Made by a program: the position numbers and the translations under genes. The notes beneath the pieces were generated by a model, which had not been told where the DNA came from, did no database searches, and worked only from the letters and a program-made list of their open reading frames with translations. From a virus (lineage: Duplodnaviria; Heunggongvirae; Uroviricota; Caudoviricetes): a stretch of DNA of 5,704 bases. Of this stretch, positions 1-5,704 are shown one piece after another. Each line of letters begins with the position of its first letter. Position 1 is the stretch's first letter. The stretch lies in IMG/VR virus record IMGVR_UViG_2602041568_000013; one strand, 5' to 3'.

Positions 1-216
1 TCTGAACATAAAACACTATCAGTAAGTTGGAGTCATTACCCGCCATTAAAATAGTGGACACTGATGAATACTCATTGTGCTTTCTTTGTTTAACATCTCC
101 ATGCTTATCCTCCTGAACATGTTCATCTGCCAAAATATCTTCTAATACTTTTCGTGACGCTATCCGGTTTATGACATACACTGATGTAAGATTTTTACTT
201 ACAGGAGAGCATAAAC

Positions 217-468
217 ATGGCCAGAACGATGACGGTTGATCTCGGCGATGAGTTGCGTGAATTTATCGAGTCCTTAATTGAATCCGGCGACTATCGCACC
301 CAAAGCGAAGTGATCCGTGAGTCACTGCGCTTACTTCGAGAAAAGCAAGCAGAGTCTCGCCTGCAAGCGTTACGTGACATGCTTGCAGAAGGGTTGAGTA
401 GTGGTGAAGCTCAGCCGTGGGAAAAGGACGCGTTTTTACGGAAGGTGAAAGCAGGGATAAGGAAATAA
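217..468 (+). CDS. ParD-family (ribbon-helix-helix) type II antitoxin, 83 aa
   Basis: Seen: ATG at 217 preceded by AGGAGAG (203-209); 83-aa ORF ending TAA 466-468. N-terminal region (TVDLGDELREFIESLIESGDYRTQSEVIRESLRLLRE) has the RHH/ParD-like pattern as I recall it; stop is 1 nt before the start of the downstream toxin-like ORF. Family assignment is from memory of ParD-like antitoxins, not a search. Confidence 0.8.
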   Translation: MARTMTVDLGDELREFIESLIESGDYRTQSEVIRESLRLLREKQAESRLQALRDMLAEGLSSGEAQPWEKDAFLRKVKAGIRK

Positions 469-469
469 T

Positions 470-766
470 GTGCGTATTATTAAACTCATGCCAAAAGCCA
501 ATGAGGATTTAGAAGGCATCTGGTATTACAGTTATCACCATTTCGGCGAACCACAAGCCGACAGATATGTGGAACATCTTTCAGACGTTCTCCAGATTCT
601 GAGTAACAATAATATAGGTACGCCCAGACCTGAATTAGGCGAAGGTATTTTTGTTCTTCCTTTTGAACGCCACGTAATTTATTTCCTGCAATCACCAGGG
701 GAAATTATCGTCATTCGTATCCTTAACCAAAACCAGGACGCCACCAGACATTTACACTGGAGCTAA
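470..766 (+). CDS. ParE/RelE-superfamily type II toxin, 98 aa (GTG start)
   Basis: Seen: GTG at 470 with AGGAA 5-6 nt upstream, arranged TAA-T-GTG with the antitoxin stop. N-terminus IKLMPKANEDLEGIWYYSYHHFGEPQADRYVEHL fits the ParE signature (x-L-x3-A-x2-DL-x2-IW-Y...G...QA-RY) as I recall it. The alternative ATG at 488 would cut into this conserved N-terminal segment, so GTG is preferred. Confidence 0.8.
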   Translation: MRIIKLMPKANEDLEGIWYYSYHHFGEPQADRYVEHLSDVLQILSNNNIGTPRPELGEGIFVLPFERHVIYFLQSPGEIIVIRILNQNQDATRHLHWS

Positions 767-868
767 ACCCGCCGATTGCGCTACAATGCCCGCCCTTAAA
801 GTGGGGGCACTCCCCTAACCGCTTCATCAGGTGAAGCGGATCTGACCTGTCATCAGAACGAGAGAATT

Positions 869-2230
869 ATGTTTAAACCGGAACTCCTTTCCCCGGCGGG
901 AACGCTGAAAAATATGCGTTACGCTTTCGCTTATGGCGCAGATGCTGTTTATGCGGGCCAGCCGCGTTACTCCCTGCGTGTGCGCAACAACGAATTCAAC
1001 CACGAAAACCTTCAGCTCGGCATCAATGAAGCCCACGCGCTGGGGAAAAAGTTTTATGTCGTGGTCAACATTGCCCCGCACAACGCCAAGCTGAAAACCT
1101 TTATCCGTGACCTGAAACCGGTGGTGGAAATGGGGCCGGATGCGCTGATTATGTCCGATCCAGGGCTGATTATGCTGGTGCGTGAGCACTTCCCTGAAAT
1201 GCCGATCCACCTCTCGGTGCAGGCTAACGCCGTAAACTGGGCGACGGTGAAATTCTGGCAGCAAATGGGCCTGACCCGCGTGATCCTCTCTCGCGAGCTG
1301 TCGCTGGAAGAGATTGAAGAGATCCGCAATCAGGTGCCGGATATGGAGATCGAGATCTTCGTTCACGGCGCACTGTGCATGGCCTACTCCGGTCGCTGCC
1401 TGCTCTCTGGCTATATCAACAAGCGCGATCCGAACCAGGGTACCTGCACCAACGCCTGCCGCTGGGAGTACAACGTCCAGGAAGGGAAAGAAGATGACGT
1501 TGGCAACATCGTACACAAGTACGAGCCGATTCCGGTGCAAAATGTTGAGCCGACGCTGGGTATCGGCGCGCCAACCGACAAAGTGTTTATGATCGAAGAA
1601 GCCCAGCGTCCGGGCGAGTATATGACCGCGTTTGAAGATGAGCACGGCACTTACATCATGAACTCGAAAGATCTGCGCGCCATCGCCCATGTAGAACGCC
1701 TGACCAAAATGGGCGTGCATTCGCTGAAAATCGAAGGCCGTACTAAATCTTTCTACTATTGCGCACGCACCGCACAGGTTTATCGTAAAGCTATCGATGA
1801 TGCCGCTGCGGGCAAACCGTTCGATACCAGCCTGCTGGAAACTCTGGAAGGTCTGGCGCATCGTGGCTATACCGAAGGTTTCCTGCGTCGTCATACTCAC
1901 GACGATTATCAGAACTACGAATACGGTTATTCAGTTTCTGACCGCCAGCAGTTTGTTGGTGAGTTTACCGGTGAGCGCAAGGGGGACCTCGCGGCGGTAG
2001 CGGTGAAAAATAAATTCTCCGTTGGCGACAGCCTTGAGCTGATGACGCCGCAAGGCAACATTAACTTTACCCTTGAGCACATGGAAAACGCCAAAGGCGA
2101 AGCTATGCCGGTAGCACCAGGCGATGGTTATACTGTGTGGCTCCCGGTGCCGCAGGATCTTGAGCTAAATTACGCGCTGCTGATGCGTAATTTCTCCGGG
2201 GAAACCACGCGTAACCCACACGGTAAGTGA
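869..2230 (+). CDS. yegQ: U32-family peptidase-like protein YegQ (TrhP; reported role in prephenate-dependent tRNA U34 hydroxylation), 453 aa
   Basis: Seen: 453-aa ORF, ATG 869, TGA 2228-2230, N-terminus MFKPELLSPAGTLKNM typical of U32 family and Cys-rich motif CMAYSGRCLLSGY...CTNACRW. Matches my recollection of E. coli YegQ; the K-12 order yegQ-cyaR-ogrK is consistent with what follows. Confidence 0.93.
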   Translation: MFKPELLSPAGTLKNMRYAFAYGADAVYAGQPRYSLRVRNNEFNHENLQLGINEAHALGKKFYVVVNIAPHNAKLKTFIRDLKPVVEMGPDALIMSDPGLIMLVREHFPEMPIHLSVQANAVNWATVKFWQQMGLTRVILSRELSLEEIEEIRNQVPDMEIEIFVHGALCMAYSGRCLLSGYINKRDPNQGTCTNACRWEYNVQEGKEDDVGNIVHKYEPIPVQNVEPTLGIGAPTDKVFMIEEAQRPGEYMTAFEDEHGTYIMNSKDLRAIAHVERLTKMGVHSLKIEGRTKSFYYCARTAQVYRKAIDDAAAGKPFDTSLLETLEGLAHRGYTEGFLRRHTHDDYQNYEYGYSVSDRQQFVGEFTGERKGDLAAVAVKNKFSVGDSLELMTPQGNINFTLEHMENAKGEAMPVAPGDGYTVWLPVPQDLELNYALLMRNFSGETTRNPHGK

Positions 2231-2261
2231 TTAATTTCGATTATTTTTCCCGGATGGAAAA

Positions 2262-2307
2262 TTCTTAGAAACCGATCACATACAGCTGCATTTATTAAGG
2301 TTATCAT
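2262..2307 (+). promoter_or_regulatory. cyaR promoter region: candidate CRP site plus -10 element
   Basis: Seen: 22-bp window 2262-2283 (ttcttagaaaccgatcacatac) with a perfect TCACA right half (2276-2280) and a weak left half, centred about -42.5 from the inferred start at 2315; -10-like TATCAT at 2302-2307 with a poor -35. This fits a class II CRP-activated promoter, which is how cyaR is described. Inference; no experimental start site available. Confidence 0.4.
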
Positions 2308-2314
2308 CCGTTTC

Positions 2315-2401
2315 GCTGAAAAACATAACCCATAAAATGCTAGCTGTACCAGGAACCACCTCCTTAGCCTGTGTAATCTCCCTTACACGGGCTTATTTTT
2401 T
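2315..2401 (+). ncRNA. cyaR: CyaR (RyeE) Hfq-dependent small RNA, about 87 nt
   Basis: Seen: sequence starting GCTGAAAAACATAACCCATAAAATGC..., containing the C-rich CCACCTCCTTA motif, ending in a 10-bp hairpin (2367-2376 / 2383-2392, one G-U pair) plus U-run TTATTTTTT (2393-2401). Matches my memory of E. coli CyaR located between yegQ and ogrK. Ends are approximate (a few nt). Confidence 0.8.
2375..2401. other. P2-type attachment-site core (27 bp), chromosome/prophage junction
   Basis: Seen: aatctcccttacacgggcttatttttt, whose reverse complement AAAAAATAAGCCCGTGTAAGGGAGATT equals the 27-nt P2 att core as I recall it. It overlaps the 3' half of the cyaR terminator and lies directly beside ogr, the gene at the end of an integrated P2 genome. 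Confidence 0.7.
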
Positions 2402-2463
2402 ACGTACAACAAATTGAAATAAAAGGATTTATTTCTGGTCACGTCCACACATTGACCACATCG

Positions 2464-2499
2464 ACAAAAAAAGCCCCTCGACTGAGGGGCTTTCTGTTT
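2464..2499. terminator. bidirectional intrinsic terminator (3' end of ogr; possible backstop for + strand transcription)
   Basis: Seen: perfect 7-bp GC-rich stem GCCCCTC (2473-2479) / GAGGGGC (2484-2490) with 4-nt loop, flanked by an A-run (2465-2472; U-run on the minus-strand transcript, just downstream of the ogr stop at 2504) and TTTCTGTTT (2491-2499) on the + strand. Confidence 0.7.
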
Positions 2500-2503
2500 G
2501 TAA

Positions 2504-2722
2504 TTACATCCACATAATTTGCTGCCCTGACGGCAACGGGTGCGGCCTCACGGCGTGGACTTCTCCCGGCTTCACGATGTATCGCTGTACCGACTCATAA
2601 GTGATGAACGTGGCGCTGCAATTCACGTTCTGGCACTGGTGATAACGCTCTTTTGTCGTGTCAGTGATATAGCGGCTTGTACGCGCATGTGCGGCATGCT
2701 GGCATAAAGGACAATGAAACAT
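2504..2722 (-). CDS. ogr: Ogr, P2 late-gene transcriptional activator (Cys4 zinc-finger), 72 aa
   Basis: Seen: 72-aa frame MFHCPLCQHAAHARTSRYITDTTKERYHQCQNVNCSATF... with CxxC...CxxxxC and GGAAGAGGTG ribosome-binding site upstream of ATG 2720-2722. The ORF track extends the frame to 2785 (93 aa); the 72-aa start is chosen because it matches canonical Ogr length and has the RBS. Confidence 0.9.
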   Translation of the reverse strand: MFHCPLCQHAAHARTSRYITDTTKERYHQCQNVNCSATFITYESVQRYIVKPGEVHAVRPHPLPSGQQIMWM

Positions 2723-2756
2723 CGCGAGCACCTCTTCCGGTTTTGTTGATGGTGCC

Positions 2757-2785
2757 ATTTTAGTTAATTTATCCTTATAAAACAA
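2757..2785 (-). promoter_or_regulatory. candidate sigma70 promoter for ogr
   Basis: Seen on minus strand: TTGTTT (2780-2785) - 17-nt spacer - TAAAAT (2757-2762), about 35 nt upstream of the ogr ATG. Inference from motif spacing only. Confidence 0.3.
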
Positions 2786-2803
2786 ACAGATAAAATAAAA
2801 ACA

Positions 2804-3967
2804 TTACTCATCATCTTCTGTTTCGTACTCCATATCAGAAAGCCTGACCTCAAGCTCCAAGGACGTCGTGAAGCCGCTATTATTCAGAAAATGTGTCACC
2901 TTAGTGATTGTCCAGTCCTGCTCGTCTATGACGCGCTTAAAGCCTGACACTCTGACCGGTGTTTCCGTGTAAATATCAGCACGACCAGTGGCAAGGCTGA
3001 TGGAGAACTCCGCAACGCCCCGTTGCAGTTTATCCCACTTCGCCTGAGCGGCGCGCATGGCCTGTGCTTTCGTGGCATATACCGTAGTCAGGGCAAAAAC
3101 GTTGTCAGCTTCACCGGCCATGTATTCACCTTCGCGCGCTTCCGGTACTTTTGGCGCTTTCTTCTGCCTGACCGGTTTCGCTTTCGGGTGCTCCAGTGCG
3201 CGCAGGTGTTTTTCTTTCTTTTTGCGTTTCAGTTTTACCTTCTGCTTTTGCGGCTTCGGGTCTTTGGTGTGTAACCACTTTGCCGTTACGCCGGTGTAGG
3301 CTCCACGGTCAGCAATCGCAAAATGATGGCGGTCACCGTCGCTGCGGGTGATGGTGACCTGCGGGATTTTTTTACCGCTGGCCGTCACTCCCTGCCCCGC
3401 TTTGAGAAACAGCAGTTTTCCCATTTTTACCGACACCTCACCGCCGTTGCGTTCTGCAAGACGGGTCAGAAATTTCGCATCAGACTCCTGCGACTGGTCG
3501 ATGTGCGGGATTTTAATTCCGGCCAGTGACGGAGCGACACTGGCTTCCAGCCTGTTACGGGAGGCTATCGCCTCAACAATCGCACCGAGCGTGGTGTCAT
3601 GCCATGAGCCTTCACGGCGGGAATTGAGCGTCCCGCGAAAATCTGCACTCCGTGCGCGGATGGTGACCACATCCGGTGCGCCCCGGTGTTCAACCTCATC
3701 AACGGTAAATTTCCCTTTGCATACCAGGGCAAAACCTTTCCAGCCGATATACACCGTCAGGACAGCGCCACGAATCGGTAGTCCGACCTGCCCGTCGGCA
3801 TCGTTCAGTTCAATATCAAGCTGGTCAGCCTCAAAGCCCCGGTTATCCGTCAGGGTCATGCTCATCAGACGGTCGCTGATATTGCCGGTAATATCCCTGC
3901 TGTCGAGTATCAGCATGTAATCCGGCGTCAGCGTACTGCCTGCATCAAATGTCAGTGCATCCAGCAT
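2804..3967 (-). CDS. D: P2 gpD-like tail protein (phage late control D family), 387 aa
   Basis: Seen: 387-aa ORF MLDALTFDAGSTLTPDYMLILDSRD...; length and N-terminus match my recollection of P2 gpD; position between U and ogr matches the P2 order T-U-D-ogr. Start ATG (3965-3967) overlaps the U stop. Confidence 0.93.
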   Translation of the reverse strand: MLDALTFDAGSTLTPDYMLILDSRDITGNISDRLMSMTLTDNRGFEADQLDIELNDADGQVGLPIRGAVLTVYIGWKGFALVCKGKFTVDEVEHRGAPDVVTIRARSADFRGTLNSRREGSWHDTTLGAIVEAIASRNRLEASVAPSLAGIKIPHIDQSQESDAKFLTRLAERNGGEVSVKMGKLLFLKAGQGVTASGKKIPQVTITRSDGDRHHFAIADRGAYTGVTAKWLHTKDPKPQKQKVKLKRKKKEKHLRALEHPKAKPVRQKKAPKVPEAREGEYMAGEADNVFALTTVYATKAQAMRAAQAKWDKLQRGVAEFSISLATGRADIYTETPVRVSGFKRVIDEQDWTITKVTHFLNNSGFTTSLELEVRLSDMEYETEDDE

Positions 3968-4446
3968 TATCCCGCCCCCGTCATACCCGTGAATTTAGTC
4001 GCCATACTGCCAGCCTTACCGATGAGCGATTCCGCCTGTTTACCGATATCGCCATAAAGCGCGGCCAGTGATTCATCAACGCGGGTGAGCGACAGCGTAA
4101 AATCAATTTTCCGGGGTGTGCCGTCTGCAAAGAAAATACTCCCTGTTTCACTCACCCTGCTGATGACATACATGCCGTAAATCATGCCGGTGCCATCCAG
4201 CAACGGCCACGCCCGCCCCTCCTCTGCCATCAGCCTGAGCGTGGTCATCGTCAGCTTGCCGCCGGTCAGTTCGGGATAAAGCACACCGGCAAGCGTGATG
4301 TTTTCCTCACCCACACCGAGAAACTGAAAAGCGTCCCGTTTACCGATACGGGAATTTGACGGCCAGCGATAATCTGATTCACGCTGCATGGTCTGGTGTG
4401 GCAGCGTCTGGCGCATAAAAACAAACATACCTAACGCGAGCATCAT
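3967..4446 (-). CDS. U: P2 gpU-like tail protein, 159 aa
   Basis: Seen: 159-aa ORF MMLALGMFVFMRQTLPHQ... with GGAGGTGA RBS upstream; length matches P2 gpU as recalled; stop TAA 3967-3969 overlaps the D start (TAATG). Confidence 0.92.
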   Translation of the reverse strand: MMLALGMFVFMRQTLPHQTMQRESDYRWPSNSRIGKRDAFQFLGVGEENITLAGVLYPELTGGKLTMTTLRLMAEEGRAWPLLDGTGMIYGMYVISRVSETGSIFFADGTPRKIDFTLSLTRVDESLAALYGDIGKQAESLIGKAGSMATKFTGMTGAG

Positions 4447-4460
4447 TTTTCGTCACCTCC

Positions 4461-5660
4461 TTAACCGTCATGCATCATGCTGGCACGGGCGCGCGCACGT
4501 TTATCCCGCTCGTATTTTTCGAGCGCATCCTGTAACTGGCGGTCGAGCTGTGTCCCCGGCGCAGTACCACCCGTCAGGCTGATGTGATATTCGTTTTTAC
4601 TCTGGTCTACATAAGAGCGGCCAGCCGGTGCCGTGACCGGCTGATAAGCCTGATAACCTGCATAAGAGCTGGTCGCCGGAATATAACCACCGCTGCCATA
4701 CGTGGCGGCTTGAGTTCTGGCGGCGGTCTGGTCAAGTGTGTCTGACTCTTTGTTGATAACACCGAGTTTTTCCAGTACCCAGTCAATACCACTGCGCAGT
4801 TTGTTGAACGCATTAAGCGGCAGCATCAGCGCGTCAGCCAGTGCCTGCCCGAACATGACGCCCGTGTCACGGCAACGGTTCAGGGTGTCCTGGGTGGCTT
4901 TGACCGGGGCGATCAGGTTTTTAAACCACTGCCACGCGGCCTGTAACTTTTCACCCAGCCAGTCAAACACCGGTTTAAGTGGCGTGAACAGTTCCCCCAC
5001 CGGCGCAAATGCCGCTTTCAGCCCTTCCACCACACCGCCAAAGAATGCGCTGACAGGCTCCCAGTATTTACGGATAAGCAACGCCCCGGCGACAATTGCG
5101 GCCACCACGGCCACAACCGGCCAGCTAATCGCCCCGATGGCCGTCATAACAGCACTGCCAACCGTCGTGAAGATTGCCCCCATTGCGCCTGCTGCCGCGA
5201 TGATGGCATTGATGCCAGTGATAACCGGCCAGGCTACAAGACCAATGGCACCGATGATGCCAATAAGCGCCAGCGCGCCACCGGCAATGATGCCAATGGT
5301 TGACGCCAGTGATTTGTTTTTCTGTATCCAGCCGTCGAGTTTTAACACATACTTTGTGGCCGTCTGTGTGAGCTTACGCAGTGCGCCTTCCTGCTGGTCA
5401 AACAGGTCTGTCCCTACCGCCTCATAAGCGGACTGAAACTCCTTAAAGTCACCGCCGAGGTTGTCCTGCATGATATTTACCAGCTCGGCAGTCTTCCCGT
5501 CTGAGGCTTTAAACGCAGCGGTCAGTTTGTCCAGCTTTCCGGTTGAGGCGGCAGTCATCAGCACGGCGGCGGCTGAGCTGGCCTCCTCCCCGAAAATAGT
5601 TTTCATATATTCAGCCTGCTGGGCAGTACCGAGCCGGTTTTTCTCAAAGCTGGCCTGCAT
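4461..5660 (-). CDS. T: phage tail tape measure protein (gpT-like), 399-aa C-terminal reading frame; true 5' boundary unresolved
   Basis: Seen: long Gly/Ala/Ile-rich hydrophobic block (ORF residues about 118-195) typical of tape measure proteins; position immediately upstream of U; stop 14 nt before the U start. An in-frame TAG lies 9 codons upstream of the first ATG (5688-5690) while the other two minus frames are open to the window edge, so the gene may be frameshifted, truncated or genuinely short. Confidence 0.8.
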   Translation of the reverse strand: MQASFEKNRLGTAQQAEYMKTIFGEEASSAAAVLMTAASTGKLDKLTAAFKASDGKTAELVNIMQDNLGGDFKEFQSAYEAVGTDLFDQQEGALRKLTQTATKYVLKLDGWIQKNKSLASTIGIIAGGALALIGIIGAIGLVAWPVITGINAIIAAAGAMGAIFTTVGSAVMTAIGAISWPVVAVVAAIVAGALLIRKYWEPVSAFFGGVVEGLKAAFAPVGELFTPLKPVFDWLGEKLQAAWQWFKNLIAPVKATQDTLNRCRDTGVMFGQALADALMLPLNAFNKLRSGIDWVLEKLGVINKESDTLDQTAARTQAATYGSGGYIPATSSYAGYQAYQPVTAPAGRSYVDQSKNEYHISLTGGTAPGTQLDRQLQDALEKYERDKRARARASMMHDG

Positions 5661-5704
5661 TTTGAACCGCCCCGGGAATCCTGGAGACTAAACTCCCTGA
5701 GAAA

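Larger units (their letters stand above)
2375..5704. mobile_element. P2-like prophage, right end (att core, ogr, D, U, T); continues beyond window end
   Basis: Collinear P2-type late tail genes T-U-D-ogr on the minus strand ending at an att core embedded in cyaR. Gene order from established P2 biology; identities from sequence recollection. Confidence 0.85.

Noticed and set aside
23-126. Short minus-strand ORF (about 18-27 codons) with AGGAGG upstream at the left edge
   Set aside because: Too short and unsupported; most likely chance ATGs in an AT-rich intergenic or promoter region. Cannot exclude a leader peptide, but there is no evidence for one.
486-695. 69-aa minus-strand ORF antisense to the ParE-like toxin gene
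   Set aside because: Lies fully inside the toxin gene, which has a strong family signature; no independent support.
767-868. Possible REP (repetitive extragenic palindromic) element in the toxin-yegQ spacer
   Set aside because: Hairpins are present but the sequence does not match the REP consensus as I recall it; kept only as a generic hairpin observation.
827-1900. 357-aa minus-strand ORF antisense to yegQ (and nested ORFs 1054-1329, 1314-1592, 1411-1650, 1797-2000)
   Set aside because: Entirely within the well-supported yegQ coding region on the opposite strand or in alternative frames; no RBS or recognisable family features; long antisense ORFs are common opposite GC-balanced genes.
2504-2785. 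Extended 93-aa version of the ogr ORF starting at 2785
   Set aside because: Canonical Ogr is 72 aa and the internal ATG at 2722 has a good RBS; the extension would run through the putative ogr promoter and the D-ogr spacer.
3023-3920. Plus-strand ORFs 3023-3274, 3057-3299, 3323-3529, 3348-3920 inside the gpD-like gene
   Set aside because: Antisense or alternative-frame artefacts of gpD; their Phe/Leu/Arg-rich composition is the mirror image of the Lys-rich gpD segment.
4388-5691. Plus-strand ORFs 4388-4582, 4738-5427, 5461-5691 and minus ORF 4607-4813 within the tape measure region
   Set aside because: Overlap the tape measure coding frame; the Ala/Ser/Thr/Pro-rich low-complexity translations are typical artefacts opposite Gly/Ala-rich tape measure sequence.
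1-5704. CRISPR arrays, tRNA/rRNA genes, IS elements or defence-system cargo between D/ogr and the att site
   Set aside because: No spaced direct-repeat array, no cloverleaf-like tRNA candidates, no transposase-like ORF or terminal inverted repeats seen; the D-ogr-att interval is compact with no inserted cargo. Known P2 cargo hotspots lie elsewhere in the prophage, outside this window.

Overview
This window reads as an Escherichia/Shigella-type chromosomal segment running into the right end of a P2-like prophage; no clearly undescribed system was found. Left to right: (1) a two-gene ParD/ParE-type toxin-antitoxin cassette (217-766, + strand) that looks AT-richer than its surroundings; (2) yegQ/trhP, a U32-family peptidase-like gene (869-2230, +); (3) the Hfq-dependent sRNA gene cyaR (about 2315-2401, +), whose terminator carries the 27-bp P2 attachment core; (4) on the minus strand, P2-type genes ogr (2504-2722), D (2804-3967), U (3967-4446) and the C-terminal reading frame of tape measure gene T (4461-5660), with the prophage continuing past the window end. 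Gene identities rest on recalled family signatures and protein lengths, not database searches. The most useful items for follow-up are the toxin-antitoxin cassette in a locus where E. coli K-12 (as I recall) has yegP, the exact prophage/chromosome junction inside cyaR, and a tape-measure frame that is either truncated or frameshifted at the window edge. No CRISPR array, rRNA, tRNA or IS element was seen.
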